Of a stretch of DNA of 57,432 bases, positions 1 to 13,406 are shown piece after piece (within the stretch, counting starts at the first letter, position 1; the number at the start of each line of letters is the position of its first letter). The position numbers were made by a program, and so were the translations under genes. This DNA comes from Perkinsus chesapeaki ATCC PRA-425 (Eukaryota > Protista > Perkinsozoa): NCBI GenBank assembly GCA_013115145.1, contig JAAPAO010000176.1:1-57432 (forward strand), written 5' to 3'. A model generated the notes under the pieces. It did no database searches. It worked only from the letters and a program-made list of their open reading frames with translations, and had not been told where the DNA came from.

Positions 1-44
1 CAGCCACGGCCATGCCTTAAAGACCCATAGCATCACTTCTGAGG

Positions 45-66
45 AAAAAGCGGGCCGAAGGCCCGC
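45..66 (-). terminator. GC hairpin followed by T5, candidate Pol III terminator
   Basis: Minus strand GCGGGCC-TTC-GGCCCGC (7-bp stem) immediately followed by TTTTT, about 75 nt downstream of the tRNA-like head. Confidence 0.4.
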
Positions 67-140
67 GTACAACTTTCATATTCATCCCCCTAGCGCCTAC
101 ATTCGACCCGGAAAATGCCCACGTCGGGACCGCCGGACCA

Positions 141-212
141 ATCCTTCGATGGGAATCGAACCCGTGACGCTCGGTTAATAGACGTGGGCGATAACCAATT
201 CACCAATATACA
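141..212 (-). pseudogene. tRNA-Asn-like degenerate tRNA / possible SINE or ncRNA head
   Basis: Minus strand: A-box TGGTGAATTGG (195-205) and B-box GGGTTCGATTCCC (151-163). The D-stem pairs, the anticodon loop is CT-ATT-AA and the T-loop is TTCGATT. The anticodon stem has 2 mismatches and the 5' acceptor strand (TGTATAT) does not pair with the 3' strand (CGAAGGA). Confidence 0.6.
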
Positions 213-1049
213 TCTAATAAGTATAAGTTGATGAATAATGCCGGCGTGGTCTGTAATCGATCGATGGTTCTAAGAGATGTACAGTATAGAGAGCGTAATT
301 AGTGAATAGTGACGATGACTGTTAGTGTTGGTAATTAGTTAATAAGATGTACTTTACTATTCCTTCATGTATATCCATTCCTATTAGTTTCATCATATCA
401 TCGTCCAGGTAATATATTAATACTTCTTGTGTATTAGTTGTTATTATTATTATTATTAGCTCTACTCCTATACCATACCATCGTTCATGTAAAACTACAA
501 TAACAACTAAACATAACAAATTTACGAGTATATTAAAAGTAAGGGATTATTCCCTTAAACCTTTGAGGTTTGTAGATGATGGTAATATTATTAATGATGG
601 TAGAATGAGGGATAATAGAATTGCTGGTAGTAATATATGTTAATGATAATATATAAATAGTTATTATTTTAGGATCGGTCCATTTCCGTGATAAACTTAT
701 ACGATACACATTTGATCCTCTGGCAAATGAGCTCATCTCTGTTCGTTTGGCTCCTTTGGCCGCTAATACTCATTTACCAGCATAGTCATCATCATGATTA
801 CCTTGTTACATCTTATCCTGTGTGATGCGATACTATCTAAATAAATTTATGTGTTATCATTATTATTGGGATGTCATTAATTTATATTAACCTTCTTCTT
901 CTGCTGCTGCTAGGGTTGGATAACAGGTTAATTATCATCCATAGCTGACCACATCCTTGCACCACTACTTGTAGTAGTTTCTTCTTCTCTAACATAATAA
1001 TAATGACACTTTAGTTTATAGTATCAACTAAATTTCTATATATAGTATA

Positions 1050-2182
1050 ATGGATGATGATACTATTAATTATGATATAAGGCCACCGCACCAGAATAGA
1101 AGAAGGCTGACTAAGTTATAATAATATAATTAATATATATTATAATAATCAGGTATAGATTATGGCATTTCGATGAGATGAGAGGTTCATCAGATCCTGA
1201 TACTGAACAAGGGTAATAATAATTGAAGGATATAATAATATTTATTATTATTAGTCATCAAATGATATCGCCATTGAGATATTGGTTTAGTAGTGCATTT
1301 GGACTAGGCTTAACATCAACATGTAGTAGTAGTATTATTATCCTAGTAGTATGTCATCTAGTATTATATCCTTATATATAGGTACAGCTATACTAGCATC
1401 TGGTAGTGGCAGTAGTGGTGGTATTATTAATAATGAGGAAGGAGTTGGAGGAGGAGGATTATCTATGATAAGTACTATTGGATTAGCTACAGTTATAGCA
1501 CTTAATGCTGGTATTGATTCATATGGTAAGTACCCATGATGATAATACCAGTGATAATAGTAGTAGTAATAATACAGGTAATGATTGTGCTGCTATTGAA
1601 CATTATAATCATGAGTTTTTAAGAGAACGATGGGAGCATGAAACAGCACCCGAACATGAAATAGAGGAATATATTAATTATGCTACTAATATTGGTGTAC
1701 CACCTAAAGATGCTAGGGAGATAGCTAGTATGTTGGTTCAACATCAACAATTATCAATACCCCATCATCTAGTATTTGAACTTGGTTTACTTAGACCTTG
1801 TTTTTATCATAGACCATATCTTTTTGGAATAACTAGATTCATCGGTTTATTAACAGGATTTATAGCATCAATAGGTATAACATCAATATTATCATATAAT
1901 AATACTATACAAATGGTAAGCAGCAGCAGTAGCAGCTGTAGCATACAAATAATATTTATTATACTTATTATTAGGGTATTATAATGTGGATTTGTGGTAG
2001 TATAACTATACCATTACGTTATCAACATTTATGGAACTTAGCTTATATAAAGAGATTAATAATAACACAGAGTAAGATACTACTAATTATTATTATTTAA
2101 TAATAATAAAGGTTCATATTATGCAGCTATATTGATAATAGCAGGGCAAATAGGTAAAGCAAATAGCAGGGCAACTGCTTGA
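1050..2182 (+). CDS. VIT1/CCC1-family vacuolar iron transporter-like protein (spliced)
   Basis: The exon in ORF 1505-1984 reads ERWEHETAPEHEIEEY...GVPPKDAREIASML...LVFELGL, matching the VIT1 cytosolic metal-binding region. It is flanked by hydrophobic exons and GT-AG introns. The end is approximate. Confidence 0.7.
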
Positions 2183-2289
2183 ACCATTATATTACATAAT
2201 AATAACACTTATTATTATTAATAACAACAGCAACAACATTGTTGTTATTGTGTTATAATAACTATCTATCTAGTTGTTAGTTATTACTA

Positions 2290-3387
2290 ATGTCATCGTC
2301 CTTAACATCATCTTCGTCAAATAGATTATATCGTTTTATACGTGTATTCGAGGATCGTATAGCCCCAAAAGTGTTGGCTGAAGCTTGGGATAATACTGGA
2401 TTATTGTTAGAGGTAATAGTAATATGGTATTAATAATAAGGGGTATTATAGGGCATATCACCTAGTGATGATGCTGATGCATTTAAAGTGTTATTATGTA
2501 ATGATCTCACCACAAAGGTTGCCGAGGAAGCTGTTAATAAAGATGTAATATAATAATAATAAGTTGTTACCTTATACATCGTTATTATTAGATTAATCTA
2601 GTATTATCATATCATCCATCAATATTTAAAGCATTAAAATCATTAACTAATAGTATACCTATGCAAAAGGCATTATTAACATTAGCACGAGGAGGTAGTA
2701 GTAGTAGTAGCAGTATTAATAATAATTATAGGTATAAGCCTTTATTCTCCACATACACAATTGGATACTACTATTGGTGGTATTAATGATTTCCTATGCA
2801 ATGCATTTAATGATATAACTTATAATAAAACTGGTATACAAAAACATGATAGTGTTGAATATGGCCGTGGTGGTAGTGATGATGATGATGATGCTGAGGT
2901 AGTAGTAGTAGTAATAGTTATTATTATATTTACCTATTGTCTTGTTTGTCTATTGTAGGTTGGACGTATCATTACTTTTAATGAGCCTCAATCAGTTAGT
3001 TTTATTATTGATCATATTAAACGCCATTTGGGAATAGATACTGTGAGAGTCGCTGGTCCCATCAATAAAGAGTGTAATATATTACTCAATTGTTGTTGTT
3101 GATAATAATAATGTATTATAGGTAAAAGTATTGGTATATGTTGTGGTAGTGGTGGTAGTTTATTATGTAATAGTAATGCAGATGTATTGTGGACTGGTGA
3201 AATGAGCCATCATGAAGTATTGGCATCATCTGAGAATAATCAAGTTGTTATATTATGTGAACATGCAACTACAGAAAGACCATATCTTAGTAAAGTATTA
3301 AAACCATGGATAGAAGAGGAGATGAAGGATGATAATGTTAAAGTGATAATGAGTGTTAATGATGATACATTAATACGGTATCAATAA
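2290..3387 (+). CDS. NIF3: NIF3-like (NGG1-interacting factor 3 / GTP cyclohydrolase I type 2 family) protein (spliced)
   Basis: Assembled exons give APKVLAEAWDNTGLLLE, LSYHPSIFK, YSPHTQLDTTIGGINDFL, WTGEMSHHEV and VILCEHATTERPYL, the canonical NIF3 motifs. Confidence 0.9.
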
Positions 3388-3529
3388 TGATTATTCAAAT
3401 GTTACTTTTGTTGATGTTATGTAACAACAACACAACAGTTATAATAATAATTATGAGAAACATATTAGTAATATAAAAGTCATGGTAGAAACTTCAATCA
3501 TATTTTACTAATTACTTTATTGTGCATTA

Positions 3530-4400
3530 TTAATCTACATTATTAATTAATCTACCACTACTATTAGCCAAGAAATCAAGTAAAGGTGAAGAGGAAGGAG
3601 AAGAAGTATTAGTTGAAGGATTAGGAATATCTTCATCAATAATAATATCATAGGTTGATGATAATACAGGTATAAATTGAGGTGATGTAGGAATATAACA
3701 TGTGTTATTATTATCATGTAACATTATGTTAATACATATTGGTTGTTTATTAACCATTATCTTATCATGACCATTATCATATCCTTCCGATCCTTCTTGT
3801 TCTTCTTGTTGTCTATGATTTATACAATATCTATAAGGTGGTCTAATAGATGCCTAATAAAGTATATAATATATAATGTATAATATTATTATTACATAAC
3901 ATTGATTACATCTTCTACCACCACCATGAGCAATACATAGATTACTTGGTCGTTGTGCACTTTTATTACATCCATTATATATGCATCTAATACCACCACC
4001 ATGTCCAAAACATAAACCAGATTTACCTAGTACCAGATTTACCGTTATACCTATTATTATTATTACTACTACTACCTCTAGCACTTTTATTACAACCAAT
4101 ATATTGGCATCTTTTACCACCACCATGTTTAACACAATAATTACTTTTACCAATAGCTGATTTACAACAATCAACATTCATACATCTCCTACCACCACCA
4201 TGGCTTATGCATAATCTAGTACCACCTTGAGCAAATCTTCTACAACCATCTAATACACTAATAATAATACTTATTACAATTGTATATAATTATTACCTCT
4301 ATGTTGACACAATCTTTTATCATTGCGTTTTTGGTGTTTATCAATAATATTAGTTGTAACATTATTTCCATTTATCTGAATAATATACCAGCACCTGCTG
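3530..4400 (-). CDS. WRKY19-type C-x4-C...C-x2-H-GGG zinc-finger repeat protein (spliced; 5' end unresolved)
   Basis: Four tandem repeats after splicing: GCRRFAQGGTRLCISHGGG, RRCMNVDCCKSAIGKSNYCVKHGGG, KRCQYIGCNKSARGKSGLCFGHGGG, IRCIYNGCNKSAQRPSNLCIAHGGG. Confidence 0.8.
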
Positions 4401-4621
4401 CTGCTGCTGTTATGTATTATTACATTTGTATTATAATTAACATCATCATCATTCAATGTTATATAATAACAAAGACTATCCATATTAACAACAACGACAA
4501 CAACTTATCTTGGCGACCACGCAAGCCCAAGATAACGGTTATGTACATGCGTACAGCACGCATAAACATGATGAAGCTTAATAGGGGATACTGGGCCATC
4601 ACAATAATATATAGTGGATAA

Positions 4622-4873
4622 ATATATACTAATTATGGTGTTAAANNNNNNNNNNNNNNNNNNNNNNNNNNNNNNNNNNNNNNNNNNNNNNNNNNNNNNN
4701 NNNNNNNNNNNNNNNNNNNNNNNNNNNNNNNNNNNNNNNNNTAAATAGGGTTAATATACTAATAATGGTGTTAAATAGGGTTAATATACTAATAATGGTG
4801 TTAAATAGGGTTAATATACTAATAATGGTGTTAAATAGGGTTAATATACTAATAATGGTGTTAAATAGGGTTA
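4622..4873. repeat. 30-bp minisatellite spanning an assembly gap
   Basis: Unit TAAATAGGGTTAATATACTAATAATGGTGT: 4 full copies from 4742 plus a partial copy, and a variant partial copy before the N-run (4646-4741). Confidence 0.95.
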
Positions 4874-4889
4874 GTTATTATATTAATAT

Positions 4890-7800
4890 ATGGGACCTAA
4901 AAAGAAGGATATACCAGCACCATCATCATCATCACAGGAAGAAATAATATCAGCCAGGGGGGTTAGTACATATAAAATGAGGAATCCAGTAGTAGAGGAT
5001 ATATCTTATGATGATGAAATCAATAATAATGATGATATTATTAAGGACGATAATAATAATGTTATAATTGATGATATATCATCATCAATACCTTTATTTG
5101 ATATGGAGAAGATTAAAGTAGGTATTATTAATATATCAATAATAATAGAGTATATATCATAGGTTATTAACTGGGTTAATAATGTTAAATATATAGATAA
5201 GGTAGCTATTTATTGATTATATTATTAATATATAATATATAGGATATAGGGGATATGCCAGGAGACATTTTAAAGATGATACATAGTTGGAAACGTATAG
5301 ATGTAATAATGATTGTATTTAACTAATAAATATAATAATATAGCCGAGAAGTAAAGATATGTTATCGATGGTAGATGATGATGATAATCGTATAGAAGAT
5401 AATAATGATCATACGGTAGTATTAATGATAGTATTGAATCAATTGAACCATTGATGATCATTATTTATAGTATAGGATATACGACCAGTTGAAGAACAGC
5501 TGCGTGATAGTATTGAGCATGATGATAATGATGAGGTTAGTTTATAATGTATATGTATTATATGTAATATAGGGTATAAGAAAGGATGTTATATTATCAA
5601 GGGCACAATATTATACAAGGCAAACTGATTTAGGGGATATATTAATGTTAGGGACATCTAGTGGTAATAATAGTGGATTATAGCTTAGTATAATTAACAG
5701 TAGTATTGTGATGATGATGATGTTAATAATAGGTATTAAATTAGCATCATATATAGATATGATTATACATCATGAAGAATTTATTAATAATGGTTATTAT
5801 TTATGGGAATTAATATATCCACAGGTACATGTATTAGGAAGTTAATATTGATAATAAATATAATAATAGGTTAATCTTAATAATATCGAAATGACTGAGG
5901 AGGAGGAAGAAAAGAATGATAATAATAATAATAATAATGTTAGTTATTAATATATGTGATTTATATTATATTTTTAATATACTAGGATACATATTATTAT
6001 GGATATCCATTATATAACCCTTACGGTAGATATATAGTTAAATTATTTATTAATAATAAATGGAGGATGATAGAAGTATAAATGTTATTAATATATTATT
6101 ATCATTAGTATAGTGTTATATTAGGTAGATGATAGAATGCCTATATCAAATAATGGTACATGCCTATTACCCCGATCTAGCGATGGCTCCTTTTGGCCTG
6201 CTATATTATGTAAAGCTATTATTAAAGCAGCAGCAGAATTCTACGACTGTTCAGCTTGTGGTTAGATAATAATAATAGTATATGTTATTATTGATATTAT
6301 AGATACTTGTAGAGATACAATAGGTTATTCATCATTGGATATAATATCAGCATTAACGGGATGGTATGGTAGAGAAGTATCGTTAAATAATATAGAAGAT
6401 GAGTTATATAAAAGATATACATTATTCCTATCAATACAGGCTCCTATACATATACCTAAAACCATAGCAAATAGGCATACATTAAACTATGATGATAATG
6501 ATGACGACGAACATGTAATAAATATATTATATCAAGGAGGAGGTGGTGGTTAGCAGGTAATATACATTCCATGGCTTATAAATGGTATAGAAAATATTAA
6601 TAATGATAAAAGATTATTATTACAATTACGTAAAGTAGGAAATGATATAAGACCTAGGGGAGGTGTATCTGGATCATTAAAGTAGTAATTAATACTTTTT
6701 TGTTATTATTAATTCTATTAGCCGGGCATATAATATAATTATTAATGGTGACGCGGATTCTGAACTAGCAGATGAGGAGCATGATGATGATGGTAATATA
6801 ATTTGTTATTGTAAATATAACAGTATAGTACTACTACTACTACTACTATTACTACTACTAGTAGGATCGAATGATGATGCCTCCATATTGGACCAATATG
6901 ATGATGAAGATTCATCATCATCCTACTCATCATCATCATCACATTATTCTGGTATGTTATTATTACTAGTTATCATACGATATCATACTAATAATCAATA
7001 GAAGATACGTCAAATATATCAATAAATGAACAAGGTGGTGACCATCATCATCATGGCACTGATAGTAGTACTAGGGTAGTAGAGTCCATTGAGATAGACC
7101 CGAGACAATTATCTGTATTATCATCATCATTAAGGAGTAATACAATAATATATTAATATTATTTGGGTAGTAATAAGGGTTATATCAGATGCACAATATG
7201 ATAATAGAAGTAAAAATAAGATAGAACAATTTAGACATAAAATAGCAGAGGAAGAGAATGATATAGCATGGATTCAAATAACACCACCACCATCACCACC
7301 ACCGTCATCATCATCAGTAGGTGATGGAGACAAGACAGAAAAGGAGGATAAGGTGGAGGTGGGTTATGGTAAGTGTTATTGTTGGACACCAAGTGCAGTG
7401 GTATTTGATATTAAACCTACCAATAATGATTATATACAAGTAGTAGTATTAACTCGTGGTGTTGTTGTTATTGTTGTATATAATAATGGATTGGTCATAT
7501 ATCAGATAAGAATAGATTCATCATCGAATGGTGATTATGATGATTATATGGATGGTCTATGGTTAACTGCTCAATTATCTAATGTATCATTACTATTATG
7601 TTATGAGAATTATGATATACTTTAGGTAATAAGAAAATCTAAGGATGATGATGATTATGATGGTTATAAATATGATGATAAGGTTGTTATATCATCATTT
7701 ACATCATATTGTCATAGTGTGAATGATAATAATAATAATGATACATCATACCGACCACTACCAACCACTCAACAACCAAGCTCAGCATTGAATAAAATAA

Positions 7801-10644
7801 TGGAGTTGAACAGTGGGGATAATAATAATAATACAGCTCCTGCTCCTGCTCCTGCTGCTGTAAATAAGTTCACCTATTATACCTATACATATTGTATTAA
7901 TGAATATATCGTTGTAGGTTGTATGGTTACCATTGTTGTTGCGGCAATCCTCTCAATTATTATTACATAATAATATTATAACATTACATTTATTATACTG
8001 CCATACTACTACCACTAACAACAACGGCATACAAGATGAAGAAGGAGTTGATGATGATGATGATGATGATAGTTGTTGTAATTATTCACCATATCTTCGT
8101 ATTGGTATCATAAACCCTAATGGTTATGATAATAATAACATTAATGCTAATATAGAGGTACATTCTGACATTAATAAAGCTGCTGCTGCTGCTGATGCTG
8201 GTGCTGGTGCTGGTGCTGATGCTGGTGCTGGTGCTGATGCTGATGCTGCTGATGCTGGTGCTGGTGCTGGTGCTTTGAATACATTGATAGATAATAATAA
8301 CAATGACTTGCCACTGCCGCAGCAGTGGCAGCCACTGAGAATACTTAACTTGCACAAGTATCGTTTAAGATTAGGATATCAATGTTTATCAAGAGTACTT
8401 ATTAAAAGAGATTATAATTATAAGTGTATGAGAATATTTACTAAATATAACGATTATCAATTACCAAATAATAATAAAACATCTACTGAAGTGCCGCCTC
8501 CTCAATTGATGATAAGTTGCTATAGACTCAAGGATGGTTTTGAGGAGGGAAATAAACAAGAAGAGGAGGAGGAGGGAAAGTGTAATGATAATCATGTTGT
8601 TGATAATAATATATTACCTAATAACATTGTATTTGCTAATTTACCTTTATTATCTCATTATGATTATTATATCCCATGGTCCGATGGTATTTTTGTACTT
8701 ATCGTTCACACATTTATCAATGATAATGGTGCTGCTGCTGCTGCTGGTGGTGGTGGTATGATATCAGTTGAAGCATGTGCCACGGGTGTCATACCATATA
8801 ATAATGGTAGATTATTATTATCCAATGGCGAGGGGTGTATGGTTAATATTATGCCTAATAATGAAGGATATAATACTAGAGAATGGGTACATACAATAAA
8901 TGATGGGACGGTGATATGTTCTCCTCATTATAGAATATTTAGAGAAAGGCTCACTATCATAAGTACACAACAGGAAGAAGAAGAAGAAGAAGAAGAACCC
9001 ATGGTGTTGGTATCACTTGGCATTCAATTAATGATAAAAAATATAAACGACACAAGTGGTGATGGTAGTGGTGGTGAAGACAGTCAAGAAGGATCTCGAA
9101 AGGATATCAAAGTACGTCTTATGATCCAACATGAACCCAACAGCAGCAGCAGCAGCAGCTCACAGATGATAAATGATGATGAGAATAATAATATAATTGA
9201 TAATTATTCAACTCTTAATAATTGGCGTAACTCGTTGGAGACTGTATGTGAGCAAGTTTGGTCAGCAGCAGCAAGTGAAGCTGGTGAATCATCAACATCA
9301 TATATAATATTACCATACCTACTATTACGAAAAGATGTTGTATATATTATAGAATGTCTCAAGCATAATAATAACAACAATAACAATAACACGTCAATAT
9401 CCTCATCATCCTCCTCCTCATCCAACTCTGATATAAGTTATAAACCAATACCAGCAGCACCACTACCCTGTGAAGGGGAGCCCGGAAACAGCAGCATCAG
9501 CAGTAGCAGGAGCAGGAGCGGGGGGGCAGGTGTATGGAGGTTAACAGCACATTGGTATAGTAAGAATAATAGAAGTATAGTTGAGCTGGGTGAAGATACT
9601 ATTCAACATGATTTGGAAGTATTATGTCGAGCAAGATGGGAAATATATGATAAAGGTAGATCATTAAGAGGTAATGAAAGTCGAAGGAAGTACTTACAGG
9701 AGGACTTATCGGGGAAACAACAATATGATAATAATAATAAAGAGGAGGAAGAAGAAGGCATCATCATCGTTCATCATTGTGATAAAGATATTGATAAGTT
9801 CATTGAAGATTGTATTAATGATGGTGATGGTTATGTTGTTGGACCCCATGATGGTGATGGTGGTAGATTAAGATATTCTGACGATGTCTATAGGATAACA
9901 CCATTAGATAGGGAAATGTTGAATACTTTACACATGGAGTTAAAAGAATTTATAGAAGATTCGAACATTAATATATGGAAAAATGAAACAATGAGGAGAG
10001 TTGAGGAAGAATTTACTAAGAAGGTTATTGTTGACTATCCTTGTATTATTAATACTTACATAAGAGAGCTAATAATTAATGATAAACAACAAACAAGGGA
10101 TTGTGAATATGGAAAGATTATTAAGAGAAATGATATACGTAATTTAATGATAAATAAAATTGATAATATTAATGAACTGATGAAATGTTTAATACCTCCT
10201 CCTCCAATCGAAGGTCATGCAGAGAAAGATGATGATGGTGATGGTCATGATGGTGATTTAGAATCAGATATAGAAAGATTAAAAGGATTATTATTGGAGG
10301 TAGATAAATTAAATGCATCATCATCAACAACGATAACAAATGCCGATTTTTATCAAAAAGCTATACGGAAATTGTCACTTTTGAGCATAGTAGATGATAT
10401 GAATAAAATGATGAGAGAATGGTCATCATCAGATTCGGGGACTCCTCTGTTAGCTGATGATGATAAATTACAAGTTGAACTAGGAAACAAGTTGAATAAA
10501 GCTGAGGATTTGATGAACAGTCTTATTAATGATGGAGTATATATTAACGAGATTAAGATTCGTAATAGTTTAGATAAATTAGAAAATGATATAATAAACA
10601 TCACCGACCCATGGTTTAACAACAACAACAACAAGAATGACTGA
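4890..10644 (+). CDS. Androglobin-like protein (calpain-like N-terminal domain; many small exons plus a ~2.7-kb terminal exon)
   Basis: Exons read IHSWKRID, YLWELIYPQ, YPLYNPYGRYIVKLFINNKWRMIE-VDDRMP, LLPRSSDGSFWPAIICKAIIK and IISALTGW (calpain CysPc-like). The terminal ORF contains RARWEIYDKGRSLRGNESRRKYL, resembling the androglobin C-terminal WE..EPGR..KA...R..FL motif. Joining both halves into one gene is inferred. Confidence 0.65.
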
Positions 10645-10660
10645 GTTGGTAATACATGAT

Positions 10661-10748
10661 AATATTCATGTATAACACCAAGTGAATGTGATGATGATAA
10701 TAATATTCATGTATAACACCAAGTGGATGTGATGATGATAATAATATT
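10661..10748. repeat. 41-bp direct duplication in the 3' flank of the androglobin-like gene
   Basis: AATATTCATGTATAACACCAAGTG(A/G)ATGTGATGATGATAAT at 10661 and 10702, one mismatch. Confidence 0.9.
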
Positions 10749-11730
10749 TTCTAATAAATATTGTTGTTTGATTGTGTTTCGATGTAAATTGATGTAGCAA
10801 TGATGTATGATGATTAATGATATGACATTAAGAGCAGCAGCATCAGCATCAGAAGTATATTAAACCTAAATAGAAGTATAGTCATACATGTGATAGCAAA
10901 CTATCACAGTAGAAACGATGATAAAAGTTCGAAAGGCAGCAAAGGCAGCAGCCGGAAGAGAGTGTAACAGGCAAGCATATTATTATCTTTACCAACTACT
11001 CCCAACATGGCATCATTTGATAATCAAAATTAATGTTGTTTCGCAGTCTTGAGGGAATATGTCATATAGAGAAGCAGCATGAGGTGCACCTTGGATCGGA
11101 ACTGATGATGATGATGCAGAGGAATTTAGATACCTGATACTATTATTCGTAATTCGTTCGAGCAGGGCGGCGGCGGCGATGGCGGCAGCATGCCCAAACT
11201 ATAACAACCGTGGTTTATTCTATTCTATATACTTGATGATAATGTCTGCTGCTGCCTGTTTAATATGGGGTTTATAGTAGTATCAGACTTTACATGAGTT
11301 TAAGGTAGGTAACGGGTGCTGCTATGAGAGCAGCCTCGAAGATATTGATATACACTTTTATCAATACCAACACAACACTATAAAGCATTTATCTACCGTT
11401 AATTAACTAATAATAGGTTTAATCTCACCGTAATCCCACTCATCAGAGTAGCATCATCATGATGATTCATCATCATCTTGAGGGTTGGTTTCTTTTACCT
11501 ATACTCACTTTCGAACAATCAGCATCATCATCATCATCATCATCAGCAGTTAACATTCTCCTTCGAGATCTTTCCCGAGGTTGATCTCTATGATAATATT
11601 TATATTATTAATATTAAATCACCCACAAGTCGGATAATCATCATCATCAAGACGATGATGATGATGCTTTTAAGATAGGATTAGGTTAATGCTGCTGTGA
11701 CTGGATGCTATAATGTTAATAATAATACTA

Positions 11731-11927
11731 CAGTACGTGTCATGTAGAACGCGCGCTTCTTGACAACTCGGTCATTCACTAAGTACAACGAGATTTCGAT
11801 TAATTCCTTCACTGTATACCTTAGAAATGCCCCTAGTTATGCAATCCAAGTTGCCGAGTCCAAACTCTCGAAATACTTGTTACGCATATTTTCGACCCTC
11901 TGCGCGCATTTTCATGCACCGTGCGCG
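11731..11927 (+). repeat. Left terminal inverted repeat (197 bp)
   Basis: Reverse complement of 13804-14000 with 7 mismatches, counted by hand. Confidence 0.97.
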
Positions 11928-12034
11928 GTCTATTAACCAGCAGGAATGACAGAAAACACAAGACAGGTGATGAGGAAAACGCTTCTAATATCACGAGAAA
12001 GAAATAGTAGAAATAACAGAAAATCCATTATAGC

Positions 12035-13406
12035 TTAATTCAGTCTATGGCGATCGTAAGTGCCACCCTTTGCAGCTCCTTGTCCTATGCCGAGTACTGG
12101 AGCTGAACCACGGTGCTTCCTTCGGGATTTTCGCAACTCCTCGATCTCCTGCATAGTGAAGCCTTCCGCGTAGTACCGCAGATACTCCCTTGCTGAGCGA
12201 AAGTGTTTCCGTATCAACTCTAACGTCAGATCCGGTGGCTGCTGGTTGCCTTCAACCCTTTCTTTGAATCCTGCAGTAGACTTGGCGGAGTTCGATACCC
12301 TCATTGCTTTAGTAATGGACCGGTAGGCAGCTTCTATGGGAGCCAATTCTGGATGGAATTTTACTCCGTAGATAACCCGATCTCCACGCTCTAGAGCCTG
12401 TTCTTGAAGAAGAGTTTGTTGACTGGCAAAGTCGTCGCACTCCGAAAGCATTTCCACAAGAGCATCCTGCTTTTTAGAGGCAGTGGCAGCAGCGCCGAAG
12501 CGCTCCATTACGACTTTGCGCAGGCCCTTAGGCTCATTTGGGTAGCAGGGATGAGTAGCAGGAAAGATCATTTCTTGCTCGACCCGTTTACCATCTTTCA
12601 TGAACCAACCGGGCCTCATTTTAGGCTGCTTCCCACCGGGTTTGACGTTGATGGCTTTGGCGAACAGATTACCCAAGCCGATGGAGCCACCTCGAGACAG
12701 TACGCTCTGAATACTGATCTGAGCCATGGAGGTTCAAGTCCGCATTAACCCATGCCGTAAGAGCAGCCACTGTCATATTCGGGTTCCCGTCCTTCCCGAT
12801 GGACTTCTCACGAACCTGGTCCCGAAGCCTATCCCGGAAGGGCTGGAACTCCGTGTCAAATATTGCGCTTCTGACCTTGGGGTGTTTCCCACGACGGTGT
12901 TCTTCTAGGGATAAGTTGAGCTCGAATTCAGGACACCACTTGGCGACAGAGGGTGGGCTTACTTCGAGCATATCAGCCACAAACTCCTCTAAGTCTTTAC
13001 GACATGCCCAGCCAGAATATCCGTACAGCTGGGTCAGAGTAATGTGGACAGCTAGACGCTTCTTCATGATGAGCGACATGCTCTCGAGAGGGTTACTAGC
13101 TTTCAAGGTCTCCCAGAGGGTCTCGAACCCCTGCTCACGCACCTGTTTCTTCTGTAAGCGCAAGCACTGCTCGGCCTTGCTAGGTGGGCGAGAATTCTTC
13201 CTGGGCATCAACACAGACCTCTGTCTCTTCACCTTCGGTTTAGGTTTGTCCTTGCGGTTAAAGGCGCGCCTTTGTGCAGGGGTATTGGACTTGAGACGAG
13301 TATTGTAGTTGTGGACATGCTCAAGGTCTTTCTCAGTAGGTGTACTGGGCTTAAGGCGAGCAGAGCTACGTCGTTTGGAGGGTTTGGCCGTAAGTGGATG
13401 ACACAA
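12035..13406 (-). pseudogene. Transposase remnant: HTH half fused out of frame to the C-terminal half
   Basis: ORF 12669-13406 ends SERTVSRWLHRLG* (HTH). ORF 12035-12727 has NVKPGGKQPKMRPG, PKGLRKVVMER and KFHPELAPIE (SPDLNPIE-like third catalytic motif). The region carrying the first two catalytic Asp residues is not seen. Confidence 0.8.

Noticed and set aside
95-190. HDV-like ribozyme fold in the tRNA-derived unit
   Set aside because: The 9-bp helix could act as P1, but no matching P2, P3 or P1.1 could be built.
322-990. Possible small minus-strand spliced gene
   Set aside because: Exon-like stretches exist, but no consistent frame or recognisable product could be assembled.
1050-3387. 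VIT1-like and NIF3-like adjacency as a metal-homeostasis cluster
   Set aside because: Two neighbouring housekeeping genes with no shared motif seen; adjacency alone is uninformative.
4742-4873. TAGGGTTA within the 30-bp repeat as an interstitial telomere; also the ORF MVLNRVNILI repeat
   Set aside because: There is one telomere-like word per 30-bp unit rather than tandem telomeric repeats, and the ORF is an artefact of a unit length divisible by three.
10800-11700. Possible gene between the androglobin-like gene and the transposon
   Set aside because: Only short low-complexity frames and no supportable model.
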